From the NCBI GenBank assembly GCA_944388605.1, contig CALXJJ010000004.1, positions 3,162-67,161 of the forward strand: DNA of 64,000 nucleotides, written 5' to 3'. Source of the DNA: an uncultured Clostridia bacterium (lineage in GTDB: Bacteria > Bacillota > Clostridia > TANB77 > CAG-508). The notes beneath the pieces are model-generated. The model saw nothing but the letters and a program-made list of their open reading frames with translations. It did no database searches and was not told the DNA's origin. A program made the translations under genes and the position numbers. Shown piece by piece: positions 9,382 through 19,992 of this stretch. The stretch's first letter is position 1; the number at the start of each line of letters is the position of its first letter.

Positions 9382-12300
9382 TTAGTATTTAGTATTTACT
9401 ATTTTATTCTTTAAAAGCATTACATCTGTAATATTTATATTTTTACTCATATTAAGATCAGCAGATAATTTTATTATATCATCTTTCCATTCATCTTCGA
9501 CAATATTTTTTTTCATTATCATTACATCTGTAATATTCACTTTTCCATCACTATTTAAATCTCCCAATACAATAATGTTATAGATTTTATTATCAGATGT
9601 AATCAAATTAATTCCTGTTTTAATTAAGTCGTCATCTTTTAGTTCATTCTGATTATCCAATAATTTATAACCAGAAAATAAATCAAAATAACTTGCAAAT
9701 TCTTGTTTTGTTTTTTTATTACAATTTAATATAATATTATCTCCTTCTAAAAAATAATCGTTATTTTCTTTTTCTATTATCTTAAACTCTACCTTTGTTT
9801 CATTTCCTGCTAAATCTCTTGCTTTTAATATATATGTACCTAATTCATCTATATTATCTCCATTATTATAGTTATCTACTACTTGTCCATCTTTTAATAA
9901 AACAATTTCACTCAAATTATCATCTTCTATTTGAGGTGTTACTGTTATATTTTGATAAGTCTTATTATTTTCTACATTTTTTATAATTGGAGCTAATTTA
10001 TCAATATTATTAACTTCTACTGTTTTAGTAAATTTTTTCCCTTTTATCGAATATTCAAATACAAATGTTCCATTATCTTTAAAAATATATTCATTATTTC
10101 CATCATTATTGACTATTTCTGTTTCGTTAGGTACATTTAAAACAACTATTACATCCTCATTTGTTAGGTCTTCTGTACTATATGAAACTGTTATAGGATT
10201 TTCATTAATATACTTATTAATATATATATCTGCAAATCTATTAGCCCAATCAGTTAAAATTTCTGCATGTTTATTATAGCTCGATACTAAACCATTTTTT
10301 ATAGGATTATTTTCTTCTAATTCACTAATATAGCAAGCTTTTTCATAATATTCTTTTGCAAAATTTAAAATTCTTATAGGATAATTTTCATTGATATTGT
10401 CAATATATTTTAAATTACCATTTACTATTTTTATTTTTTCTCCGGTTTCATTTAATGAAATGTTTTGAACATTTTCTGAAATTGTAATTATATCTTGATA
10501 TGATTCCCCTATAGTATCTAATGAATCCAAAAAAGAGCTTAATCTTTTATAATCTTCATCATTATTGCATTGAAATATTTCCATATATTTCATTCCCAAT
10601 TCATAATGTCTTTCCATTAATTGAATTGATTCATCATATGAAATATTTTCTAATTTCTTTATTTCTTCCTTTAATGATTCTATTTCATTATTTATATCTG
10701 AAGTTTCTTCCAATATATCAATATAATTTTTTGTTAATTCATCATATGAAGTTAATATTTTATTTGATATTGCTTGACTAAAATATTTTTTATCTTGTCC
10801 ATATAAATAAATTGGTGAATAAGAAATATTTATTTTTCCATTATCTATTTGTACATCATTACCATATAAATCTTTTACATAACAATTACTTATTTCTAAT
10901 GAATAGTTTTTATCCTTTTGTTTACTCCATAATATTAAAAGTGGTTCTCCATTTTTATTATAAACATAAGTTTCAACTCCATTAATTAAAGATATATTTC
11001 CTATAAATTCTGCTCCATTAATATTTTCATAACAATTTTTTAGTGCATAGTACGATAATTTTGGTGTATAATTATTATTTAGAATTCCGAAATTTTGCTC
11101 TTTGCTATTTCTGTCATTTCCCATATTCCAAGAACTATATAAAATTGACAAATCTATTCCATAATCATCATTTATTATTGTTCTTTGCACATCTATTATA
11201 GCTTGATCTTCTTCAGTTACATTTTCGTAAGAAGAAATTCCAAATTCTGTAATATAATTTTTTGTAAATCCACCTATTTTATTTATAATTTTTGAATTTT
11301 TTTCTAACTGCTCTTTATATCTTGTATTTAATTCACCAATATTATTACTATCATATGGATGATATGAAAATGCATCTGAATATTGGTATGCTCCATTATC
11401 TGATATATTCTCTATAAATTCTGATGATTCTATCACATATGATGTAGTTTTGTCTGGCACAGCACATACTCCACTTATTATGTCTATCTCTGAATTTATT
11501 TGTTTTAAAGCTTCTGACACTTGTTTAACTAATTGTATATATTGATTAATCTGCTCATCTGTTCTATAATCAAAATTTGGTTCATTTAAAATTTCATACT
11601 TAACTATTTGAGGATATTTCTTTGCAATTGCTACAGCAAAATTTACAAATTTTTTTCTTTCTTCTTCATTATCAATTATTTCATTTTCTCCTGCTAATGT
11701 GCCTACACCATTCAGAATTGCAACTATTTCTATATTGTTTTCTGTAGCCTTTTTTATCCAGTCGTCATAATAATCAAATTGATAATCTCCATTCCCCTTA
11801 TCAATCTTTCTCCATAAAAAATCTGCTCTAATATATTTAATTCCTGAATTTTTTAATAAATCGAAATCATTTTCATATTTTTCCCAAGTTCCATCTCTAT
11901 AATGGACTGCAAAACCTCTATTACTTAATTCATCCATAAATTGCTTTTCATATGGTTTCAAATATTCAACCTCTGCCTTACCTTCATATATTAATTCTTG
12001 CCCATTTCTATATATTTTGACTGTTATTATATTTACGCCTTGATTTAATTCTATTGTTTTCATTGTTTTTTCACTAACTATTTTTTCTTGTTTTTCATTA
12101 CCTTTCTCATCAAAAACAAGATTATATGTATTATTTTCTTGAATATTGTCAATATTAATATGTAAATCTGCTTGTGAGTCTGTTATTTTTCGTTCTTCTA
12201 TAAAAATGTCAAAATTTTCATTACTTATATTTTCCATATTGTTTTTAACTTGAATTTTATCTTGTGAATATAATATTACTTTTTCTTCTGACTTTTTATT

Positions 12301-12405
12301 AAATAAAATTATAATCAATATTAAAATTACAATTAAAATAGTTAATATCAATACAATTAATTTCTTTAATGGTATCTCTTTAATCTTATGCATTTTAACC
12401 CCCAT
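9382..12405 (-). CDS. Glycoside hydrolase family 5 enzyme with N-terminal signal/anchor, Ig-like spacer domains and a C-terminal type-I dockerin
   Basis: GH5 catalytic signatures are all present: the Arg in YIRADFLW, the acid/base in YEILNEPNF, the His-x-Tyr in SYHPYD, and the nucleophile in ITEFGIS. The last ~65 aa carry a duplicated dockerin Ca-binding motif: GDLNSDGKVNITDVMIMKKNIV ... ADLNMSKNINITDVMLLKNKIV. Confidence 0.7.
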   Translation of the reverse strand: MGVKMHKIKEIPLKKLIVLILTILIVILILIIILFNKKSEEKVILYSQDKIQVKNNMENISNENFDIFIEERKITDSQADLHINIDNIQENNTYNLVFDEKGNEKQEKIVSEKTMKTIELNQGVNIITVKIYRNGQELIYEGKAEVEYLKPYEKQFMDELSNRGFAVHYRDGTWEKYENDFDLLKNSGIKYIRADFLWRKIDKGNGDYQFDYYDDWIKKATENNIEIVAILNGVGTLAGENEIIDNEEERKKFVNFAVAIAKKYPQIVKYEILNEPNFDYRTDEQINQYIQLVKQVSEALKQINSEIDIISGVCAVPDKTTSYVIESSEFIENISDNGAYQYSDAFSYHPYDSNNIGELNTRYKEQLEKNSKIINKIGGFTKNYITEFGISSYENVTEEDQAIIDVQRTIINDDYGIDLSILYSSWNMGNDRNSKEQNFGILNNNYTPKLSYYALKNCYENINGAEFIGNISLINGVETYVYNKNGEPLLILWSKQKDKNYSLEISNCYVKDLYGNDVQIDNGKINISYSPIYLYGQDKKYFSQAISNKILTSYDELTKNYIDILEETSDINNEIESLKEEIKKLENISYDESIQLMERHYELGMKYMEIFQCNNDEDYKRLSSFLDSLDTIGESYQDIITISENVQNISLNETGEKIKIVNGNLKYIDNINENYPIRILNFAKEYYEKACYISELEENNPIKNGLVSSYNKHAEILTDWANRFADIYINKYINENPITVSYSTEDLTNEDVIVVLNVPNETEIVNNDGNNEYIFKDNGTFVFEYSIKGKKFTKTVEVNNIDKLAPIIKNVENNKTYQNITVTPQIEDDNLSEIVLLKDGQVVDNYNNGDNIDELGTYILKARDLAGNETKVEFKIIEKENNDYFLEGDNIILNCNKKTKQEFASYFDLFSGYKLLDNQNELKDDDLIKTGINLITSDNKIYNIIVLGDLNSDGKVNITDVMIMKKNIVEDEWKDDIIKLSADLNMSKNINITDVMLLKNKIVNTKY

Positions 12406-12448
12406 TCGAGCAAATTCAAGCTATCTCATTTCCTTAAAGCATAATATA

Positions 12449-13510
12449 TTATTTTAAAATTTTATCCAACTCTTCAAAATGTTTATTTGCTTTATGCTTC
12501 TCTTCTTGTAAATCTGCTTCAACTATTTGGTTATCTAAAATTATTTCATCAATATTCATATTCTTTAAATTTTCTTTAGTATATAATTTACCTTTAAAAT
12601 TCAAATCTTTTAATATGTTCACAGTTTTATTATTATATGCTATTGGAATAATTTTCTTATTCATTAAAATTCCTAAAATATTTGCATGAAACCTAGTTCC
12701 AACAATTATCTCAGATTGTTGTAATTCTTCCAATGCTTCTTTTATATTTCCATTATAATAATAATTTTGAACTTTTATGTCATTCATTTTGCTTTCTATC
12801 CTTTCTATTGCTTGTTCATCACCTTCTGCTTTACAAAATGACATATACATTATTTCATAACCTTTATTATAAAATTCTCTTGTTAATTCTATTATTTTTT
12901 CTTCATATATTTTTGCATCTTTTTCATTTGCTTTTTTATACCAATCAATAATTGAAAATATTACTCTTTTTTTGCTTTTTTTCTCATTATTTAATTCCAT
13001 AGCAAATACGATGTCTGTTGTATATCTAACATTATTTAAAAAATTGCATAAATCATATGAAGCTTTATCTCTAAATGAAACTACTTGTGCATTTTTAAAA
13101 ACTTCATCTATCAATAATGGTATATATTCTTTATCTGTATATGGTCCTATATTACATCCCAATATATAATATGGAATATATGGTGATTTATATTGTTTTA
13201 CATTTTTTTGCCAATAATCCATATTATGATTCTCCATGAAAATAGATCCTCCAATATAAACCATATAATCCTTATTAATTTTTAAAATACGTTCTACTAA
13301 ATTATATTCTTTAAATATCTTGCCTATTTTATTAATTAATTTATACTTAAACCCACTATATATGTGTATATTTGAATAATTATTTATATTATATTTATAA
13401 TTGCTTGTAGCATAAATACTAACATTAGGATATCTATTTAGAAACATATCTAAAAAAATATCATCACCTAAGTTTTTATTTAAACATATTTTTAAATATA
13501 CCTTTTTCAT
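12449..13510 (-). CDS. Polysaccharide pyruvyl transferase family protein (CsaB/WcaK-like)
   Basis: 353 aa. N-terminal NLGDDIFLDM and C-terminal IVGTRFHANILGIL match the PF04230 pyruvyl-transferase pattern. Confidence 0.6.
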   Translation of the reverse strand: MKKVYLKICLNKNLGDDIFLDMFLNRYPNVSIYATSNYKYNINNYSNIHIYSGFKYKLINKIGKIFKEYNLVERILKINKDYMVYIGGSIFMENHNMDYWQKNVKQYKSPYIPYYILGCNIGPYTDKEYIPLLIDEVFKNAQVVSFRDKASYDLCNFLNNVRYTTDIVFAMELNNEKKSKKRVIFSIIDWYKKANEKDAKIYEEKIIELTREFYNKGYEIMYMSFCKAEGDEQAIERIESKMNDIKVQNYYYNGNIKEALEELQQSEIIVGTRFHANILGILMNKKIIPIAYNNKTVNILKDLNFKGKLYTKENLKNMNIDEIILDNQIVEADLQEEKHKANKHFEELDKILK

Positions 13511-13522
13511 ATATTACTCCTT

Positions 13523-14632
13523 TTATACTATATTTAATATTTCTGAAGTATATGGATATGTTTCTCCATAATTTAATCTTATAAACATATAATACCAATA
13601 AAAAAGTAAAACACCAACAATATATAATTTCACTATATTGCCATATTTATTATTTTTCGTAACTTTAAATATTTGTGGTAAGAGTAAAATATAATAAAAT
13701 CCAAAATAAAAAGAAATTCTCTGAACATATGATGCTAACATTCCTGTTTGTAATAAAATGAAATCTAATATAATAATAAATAATAAAAATCTATTAGTAG
13801 AATTATATTCATTTAATTTTTTTGAATATATAACAATAGGTAATAATAGCATAATTTTCAATATTGTTTCTGATATAGGTATTGATATTTCACCTGTTGG
13901 AATATGTATAGCATATTTTACTGGCAAAATTCCATAATCATATATTAAAGCACTTAATATAGTTCCATAATTTGCAATTGCAATACAAACTAATATTATA
14001 ATAAAATATACTCTTACTTTATGTTTATATTCTTTTCCAAGAATCCTTTTTACAACATAAATTAATCCTGCTACAAATGCTGTAGAATGAAATAATGTTG
14101 CTATTATAATTGTTATAATATATTTTAGTTTTTTATCTTGGTCAATATATCTAAAAGCAAAAAACGTAATAGCAAGAGCTAAACTCTGTCTAATTAAATT
14201 AAATGTTCTATTATAATATAATGTTAAAAAAACTAATAGTCCAACCCACATTGGAATTTTTTTTCTATAGTAATATATTGTCATATATACCAATGTTACT
14301 ATAATTGCTTCTACTATAAACATAAAAATATGCAAATTGTTTGTAACAAAAGCTACACAATAGTTTAATAGTGTATATAAAAATTCTGATTGCACACTCA
14401 AACTATATTCACTAAAACTTGTTGCCATTGTTGCCAATCTAAAAGAACTTTCCATGTAAACTCGCACATCTGTTCCAACTGTATTATCTCTAACCCCTGC
14501 TAATAATGATAATATTGTAATAACACATACAGATAATAATATTCCCAATGAATTCTTTTTTTCTTTAAATGCTAATTGAGCAATATATGTTAAAAAAATT
14601 GCTATTGCAAAAATTAATAGATATATATACAT
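13523..14632 (-). CDS. EpsG/Wzy-type polysaccharide polymerase (multi-TM)
   Basis: 369 aa, ~10 TM helices with one larger loop. Sits in the locus position expected for a repeat-unit polymerase. Confidence 0.6.
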   Translation of the reverse strand: MYIYLLIFAIAIFLTYIAQLAFKEKKNSLGILLSVCVITILSLLAGVRDNTVGTDVRVYMESSFRLATMATSFSEYSLSVQSEFLYTLLNYCVAFVTNNLHIFMFIVEAIIVTLVYMTIYYYRKKIPMWVGLLVFLTLYYNRTFNLIRQSLALAITFFAFRYIDQDKKLKYIITIIIATLFHSTAFVAGLIYVVKRILGKEYKHKVRVYFIIILVCIAIANYGTILSALIYDYGILPVKYAIHIPTGEISIPISETILKIMLLLPIVIYSKKLNEYNSTNRFLLFIIILDFILLQTGMLASYVQRISFYFGFYYILLLPQIFKVTKNNKYGNIVKLYIVGVLLFYWYYMFIRLNYGETYPYTSEILNIV

Positions 14633-14644
14633 TTCTTTTCTCCA

Positions 14645-15670
14645 CTATTTATTTTTAATCTTTGTTAATATATATACAATATAATAACATTTTAATTTTA
14701 ATAATAAAAATATTATCTTTTGTTTAAAATTTAAAAATTTAATTGTATTTAATTTCATTGCATTTTTATATGCTTGTTTTTTCAGTACTTTTTTCAATAA
14801 ATTTTTTTTATCCTTATATTTAGATATATTTTTTTCATTATATATTTGAGTTAAAATTGCACTTAATAATAACTCCCAATATAATAATTGTATTGCTTTT
14901 TTTAACTTTTTATTTTTATTTTTTTCAAATAATTTATTTATTACCTTTATAGTAGCTTCATTTTTTGTTAATTTATTATCATCATATTTTTTAGTAACTG
15001 ATTCTCCATTCTGAAAGTAGTGATATAAATATTCATTAAAAAATATAATTGTATTTACTTTATTTATTGCTTGCAAAAATAAGACTGTATCTTCCTGTAT
15101 ACTCAAATTTTCCTGAAACTTTATATTATTATCAATTAAAAATTTTGTTAAAAATATTTTACTCCAACATCCTCTTATTTTTCCATATTTTACTTTTTTA
15201 TTAAAATATGGAAATAGTATATCACATTCAATTTCATTTTTTTCTTTTTCTCCTGCTAAAATAATATCTGTAATAAAACTTTCTCTTTTTATTTCTTTAT
15301 CATTGTGAGAAAAATAATAATTAAATTGACCTATTTGTGCATTATAATCTTCCATATATTTTATACATATTTCAACTGCATTATTTTCTATCCAGTCATC
15401 AGAGTCTACAAACATAATGTATTTGCCATTTGCACTTTTTATTCCTCTATTTCTAGCCACTGATACTCCCTCATTTTTCTTATGTATAAACTTTATTCTA
15501 TCATCTCTTTTCGCATATTCTTCACAAATATTAAATGTATCATCAGTAGAGCCATCATCAATAATTATAATTTCAATATTTTTATAAGTTTGATTGCAAA
15601 TACTATTTATACACCTTTTTAAATATTTTTCTGAATTATATGTTGGTATAATTATACTTACTTTTTCCAT
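14645..15670 (-). CDS. Family 2 glycosyltransferase
   Basis: N-terminal VSIIIPTYNSEKYLKRCINSICNQTY...IIIIDDGSTDDT and a DSDD motif (FVDSDDW). Confidence 0.85.
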   Translation of the reverse strand: MEKVSIIIPTYNSEKYLKRCINSICNQTYKNIEIIIIDDGSTDDTFNICEEYAKRDDRIKFIHKKNEGVSVARNRGIKSANGKYIMFVDSDDWIENNAVEICIKYMEDYNAQIGQFNYYFSHNDKEIKRESFITDIILAGEKEKNEIECDILFPYFNKKVKYGKIRGCWSKIFLTKFLIDNNIKFQENLSIQEDTVLFLQAINKVNTIIFFNEYLYHYFQNGESVTKKYDDNKLTKNEATIKVINKLFEKNKNKKLKKAIQLLYWELLLSAILTQIYNEKNISKYKDKKNLLKKVLKKQAYKNAMKLNTIKFLNFKQKIIFLLLKLKCYYIVYILTKIKNK

Positions 15671-15751
15671 ATTCCCTCACATTTCTTTCTATGGCTCAAA
15701 TCAGATTAAAAAATTTAAATTTTCATATAATTTAATATAATTTTTCTCGTC

Positions 15752-16486
15752 CTACTCTTTATCTTTTAAATATTTCTCATAATAATTCGATTTTTTCACA
15801 GCCCTTTTTCTTGCTAATATTAGATATCTGTCTTGCCCAATTAATATCTTTATGAATTTAATTAAAAATTTTTTTATTTTAGATTTTTTTATCCAACTAC
15901 CAGCAAAATAATGTATACTATATCCTCCGTTTTGTCCTTTATATGGACATGTAAAATATTCTTTTGGATATATATGAACATTCCCATTATCAAATATTTG
16001 TTCTTTATTATTTAGTTTAAAATCTTTATATTTTCCAATAAAAAAATTATTAAATAAATGATTATTATTATAAATTTCTCCTAATTTCATTGTTTTATAT
16101 GTGTCTAATAAATTTTTGATTGTACTATTATTTTTTTCACACCCTATTACTGCAGTTGATAATACACAATCGTATTCAAATCCAACAAAAAATTTATTTT
16201 GTAATATTTCATTTGAAAATTTTTTTCTTGTTTCAACATCTGTATCTAAATATATACCTCCATTTTCATATAAAATCTTTAACCTAAAATAATCACTCAC
16301 AAATGCCCACTTTTTTTCTTTTGCTGCTTGTTTTATATATTCATTTTCTTCAAGATTACAATTGTTTTCATTCCATTCTATTATTTCAAAATCTTTATTT
16401 ATTTTCCATGACTCTATACATTTTTTTGTTAAATTATCTTTATCATGATTTCCAAACCAACAATAATGTATCTTTCTCTCTATCAT
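15752..16486 (-). CDS. GT32-like glycosyltransferase with DXD motif (Gly_transf_sug / OCH1-like)
   Basis: IHYCWFG...FVSDYFRLKILYENGGIYLDTDVE, a typical PF04488 signature. Confidence 0.7.
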   Translation of the reverse strand: MIERKIHYCWFGNHDKDNLTKKCIESWKINKDFEIIEWNENNCNLEENEYIKQAAKEKKWAFVSDYFRLKILYENGGIYLDTDVETRKKFSNEILQNKFFVGFEYDCVLSTAVIGCEKNNSTIKNLLDTYKTMKLGEIYNNNHLFNNFFIGKYKDFKLNNKEQIFDNGNVHIYPKEYFTCPYKGQNGGYSIHYFAGSWIKKSKIKKFLIKFIKILIGQDRYLILARKRAVKKSNYYEKYLKDKE

Positions 16487-16505
16487 ATAAATTTATTTCC
16501 CTTCA

Positions 16506-17690
16506 CTATTTTTTTATTTTATTAAGTATTTTCGTCCTATATAATACTGGCTTTAATATTGCCTTTATTTTATCCTTATATGTAATTTTTGCACATATAT
16601 TTAATGCATATAATAAACCTTTTTTATTATATTCTTCAAAAAATCTACTCCTATTTATATTTTGCTTAGGATTATTTAAAATAGCTGTAATTTTTCCGTT
16701 AGCATTTTGTTCTAATCCTTTATCTAGAGTAATTTCAAATGATTTAATATTAGATAATGAATCAAATAACTCTTTTCCTTTATTAGTATTAATTAGTACT
16801 ATATTTACTCCTTTATCTGCATCTAGTTCATATTCTTTTATTATTCTATCAGCATGCCAAAGATCTCCAATTGATATATCAGCTTGTCTATTCATCCCTC
16901 TGAAATTACAATTATAACATACAGGTCTTGAAATTAATTCATTTACAAATAGTTTAAGCATAATATCAGATTCATGTCCTTTATTATATTGTTTTCCATT
17001 TCTAAATTTCATAGACAAAGTTGTACTATGAAAACCATATGTTTTCTTTCTAAAATAAATCTCTTCTATTTTTGTTTTGTTTCTCTTTTCTTGATATTCT
17101 AAATAACTATTCCATATTTTTGGTGAAGGAACTCCCTTACAAAATATTTCAACACAATATAACAAGTCATAATCTTTATTTAAAAAGCTCTTTAATCCTG
17201 CTATTTGACAAGGAGTACCAGAAAATAATACTTTTTTTCCATCATTTAACTGTTGTTTTATATTTTTATATATATTTCCTATTCTACTTTGCACATATTT
17301 TGATCCTCTTAATTTTTTAATATCTTCCTTTGTTTCTATTTTATTATGAATCACTTTAAAATTTGAATCAAACATAGCACCATAAACTATTCCATTTTGC
17401 TCTAATATTTTTTCAGCTAACATTGTAAATATTCCACCAGAAGTACTTTTCCATCTTATATTTTCATCTTGATTAGATGCTGCTAATACAATTGATTTTT
17501 CTTCATTTCTCTTCATTTCTTTATTATTTGGGCAAATTTTTTTGCACATACCACAATTAATACATTTTTTTTCGTCTATTTGTGGATATAAAAAACCTTC
17601 TTTATCTTCTACCATATTAATTGCATTTTTAGGGCATATATTATAACATGCTTCACAACCAGTGCATTTATTTTTTTCTATTATTTCCAT
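16506..17690 (-). CDS. Coenzyme F420-hydrogenase beta-subunit-like (FrhB-like) 2x[4Fe-4S] protein, usual partner of pyruvyl transferases in EPS loci
   Basis: Two ferredoxin CxxCxxCxxxCP motifs at the N-terminus (CTGCEACYNICP, CINCGMCKKICP). 394 aa. Immediately downstream of, and translationally abutting, the pyruvyl transferase (the stop at 17691 is adjacent to the start at 17690). Confidence 0.65.
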   Translation of the reverse strand: MEIIEKNKCTGCEACYNICPKNAINMVEDKEGFLYPQIDEKKCINCGMCKKICPNNKEMKRNEEKSIVLAASNQDENIRWKSTSGGIFTMLAEKILEQNGIVYGAMFDSNFKVIHNKIETKEDIKKLRGSKYVQSRIGNIYKNIKQQLNDGKKVLFSGTPCQIAGLKSFLNKDYDLLYCVEIFCKGVPSPKIWNSYLEYQEKRNKTKIEEIYFRKKTYGFHSTTLSMKFRNGKQYNKGHESDIMLKLFVNELISRPVCYNCNFRGMNRQADISIGDLWHADRIIKEYELDADKGVNIVLINTNKGKELFDSLSNIKSFEITLDKGLEQNANGKITAILNNPKQNINRSRFFEEYNKKGLLYALNICAKITYKDKIKAILKPVLYRTKILNKIKK

Positions 17691-18854
17691 CTATATTATT
17701 CCTTCCTGTTTTAATGCATTTTCTAGGTAATTATCTGACTTTTTCTTCATTTCTTTTAATTTTTCTCGTGTATTACAATAATCAATTTTTATGCTAATCT
17801 TATCTAAAACTTTATCATAATCTGTATAAAGTCTATCTTCTAAGCCTAACAATGATAAAATAGATTTCAACCTTGTATTAGTTGAAGCCTTTTGACCTTC
17901 TTTGAATCTGTTAAAAGTATAAAATTCTTTTTCATACATAATAGAAAATGCTGTACAATGAAATGAATCTGTACATACTATTTCTGCATTTTTTATAAGG
18001 TTTATCATTTCTGCTGGTCCCACATCATACATTTTTACATCTGCATATTGTTCATCCTCTTTTACTAATTCATCTATATGTGGTAAAGCTACAATATCAT
18101 ATCCTGTTTTTTCTTTGATTCTTTTCACAATTTTTCTATGTTCAGGGTTATTACCTAAAAAGTAGCAAAATATATATTTTTTAGCATATATAGGTTCTTT
18201 TGGTTGCATATTTTCCCAATCATTAATACTAAGCATAAAAGTTGGATCTAATACTACAGGAACATCTTTTCCTGTTAATTCTTTTACTATTTTCTTACCT
18301 GTTTCTTCTCTTACAGAAATATGTTGTATTCTATTTAAGTATATTTTTGTCGCTTCTTTTTGTTTCTCTGGAATTTCAGATACTCCGAAGCTTGGAGCAT
18401 ATGTTATTTTAGGTATATTATCATCTATAAATTCCATTGTAAAATAATGATTTTCTATATTATCTGGATGCCATAATTGGTCACTTCCAAGTACAAAAGC
18501 TCTATAGTCATTAGAACCATTTTTTAAAGCGTCATATCCTAAATATGGTTTTGATATTTTTATATGTTCTTTAGTAAACTGTTCAAATTTATTACTACGA
18601 ATTTTAAAATTTTTTCCATATTTCTCATAATTTAGTTTTCCTATTATTTTTCTTTTAAAATTTTTAAATTGTACTTTTCTTATATTTTTATTACATAACT
18701 TTTTTGCATATACGAAAAGCTGATTTTTCTTTACATATTGGATATTTTCACACTCTATGCCTTTATTTTCAATCATTTTTTGAACAGCATATGCTTGTAA
18801 CATACTCCCATAATTTTTAACATAATAGCATGAAACAATTCCAACTTTTTTCAT
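17691..18854 (-). CDS. Polysaccharide pyruvyl transferase family protein
   Basis: 387 aa. MKKVGIVSCYYVKNYGSMLQAYA at the N-terminus and IVCTDSFHCTAFSI at the C-terminus match the PF04230 pattern. Confidence 0.7.
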   Translation of the reverse strand: MKKVGIVSCYYVKNYGSMLQAYAVQKMIENKGIECENIQYVKKNQLFVYAKKLCNKNIRKVQFKNFKRKIIGKLNYEKYGKNFKIRSNKFEQFTKEHIKISKPYLGYDALKNGSNDYRAFVLGSDQLWHPDNIENHYFTMEFIDDNIPKITYAPSFGVSEIPEKQKEATKIYLNRIQHISVREETGKKIVKELTGKDVPVVLDPTFMLSINDWENMQPKEPIYAKKYIFCYFLGNNPEHRKIVKRIKEKTGYDIVALPHIDELVKEDEQYADVKMYDVGPAEMINLIKNAEIVCTDSFHCTAFSIMYEKEFYTFNRFKEGQKASTNTRLKSILSLLGLEDRLYTDYDKVLDKISIKIDYCNTREKLKEMKKKSDNYLENALKQEGII

Positions 18855-19978
18855 AGTAATTCCTCCTCGTATTTATTTTCATATATTTCTTCAATTTTTT
18901 TGATATTTTCTATTCTATCATATCCCATATTTTTTATTAATTCTACTTTATCTTCTCTTTTTTTCTTAGAGAATTTTATTATTTCATTAACCCATTTTTC
19001 TATGTCATCGTCTAAATTTAAAATACTAACATTATCATGTATCAATATTGCTTCTTTAGGTATATTTTCTGATATAACACATGGCAAACCTGTCGACTCA
19101 GCTTCTATTAGTACTATTCCTAATCCCTCATACAAAGATGGAAATACAAATACATCCATCATTTGCATAAGATTATTAACATCACTTCTCGTTCCCAAAA
19201 ATATAATATTTTCTTCTATATTCATATTTATTGCCTGCTGTTTAATACTATCTTGTAATTCTCCCTCTCCTACCAGTATTAATTTTACATTTTCAACTTG
19301 TTTTGTTAATTCTTTTAATAATTTCAATAAAAAGATATGATTTTTTTGTTTTACAAACCTTGCCACATTTCCTATTACTAAACTATCTTGTAAATTAAAT
19401 TCTTTTCTATATTTATTTCTAATATCTAAACAATAATGATATTTTTCAGTATCAATTCCATTATTTATTATATCTATTTTATTTTTTTTACCAAAGCAAA
19501 AATCTCCTGCTTTAGTTGAACATGCAATATATTTTATACCTTTAACTTTTACAATTAATTTACTTATATTATGTATTAAACTTTTTATTTTAAACTTATC
19601 ATTATCAATACCTGAATTATGTGCATGTAAAATAATATTACTCATACCAACATTTTTTGCCATTTTTGCATAAATTAGTCCTATTCCATTATATGTATTT
19701 ATATGTATTATATCAGGTTTGATTTTTTCTATTTTTTGTTTAAATACTTTCATATTCTCTATTATTCTTTTCATCGGATTACTATATTTCTGTGAAAGTG
19801 TTTCTATTATATTACAATTTGCTAATTTTAATCTCTTATCATAAACTTCTGTTTCTTTTTGAGAAACCAAAATTATTGGTATAAATTTTTCTCTATTTAT
19901 TTTTTCTACAATATTAGTAATTAAAGACTCTATTCCACCTGCACACCATCTTTCTGTGTATATTAATACTTTTTTCAC
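18851..19978 (-). CDS. Family 4 (GT-B) glycosyltransferase
   Basis: 375 aa. C-terminal EGLGIVLIEAESTGLPCV retaining-GT4 motif. 4-nt overlap with the downstream gene. Confidence 0.7.
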   Translation of the reverse strand: MKKVLIYTERWCAGGIESLITNIVEKINREKFIPIILVSQKETEVYDKRLKLANCNIIETLSQKYSNPMKRIIENMKVFKQKIEKIKPDIIHINTYNGIGLIYAKMAKNVGMSNIILHAHNSGIDNDKFKIKSLIHNISKLIVKVKGIKYIACSTKAGDFCFGKKNKIDIINNGIDTEKYHYCLDIRNKYRKEFNLQDSLVIGNVARFVKQKNHIFLLKLLKELTKQVENVKLILVGEGELQDSIKQQAINMNIEENIIFLGTRSDVNNLMQMMDVFVFPSLYEGLGIVLIEAESTGLPCVISENIPKEAILIHDNVSILNLDDDIEKWVNEIIKFSKKKREDKVELIKNMGYDRIENIKKIEEIYENKYEEELL

Positions 19979-19992
19979 TTTTTACCTCTCAT

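Noticed and set aside
16303-16917. 204-aa plus-strand ORF, and many other 60–210-aa ORFs on the opposite strand of well-supported genes (e.g. 1844..2083, 26838..27383, 61919..62554, 36155..36421, 41231..41497)
   Set aside because: Low-complexity, Leu/Ile/Phe/Ser-rich translations typical of antisense reading of AT-rich coding DNA. Each is fully nested in a gene with strong motif support. No RBS.
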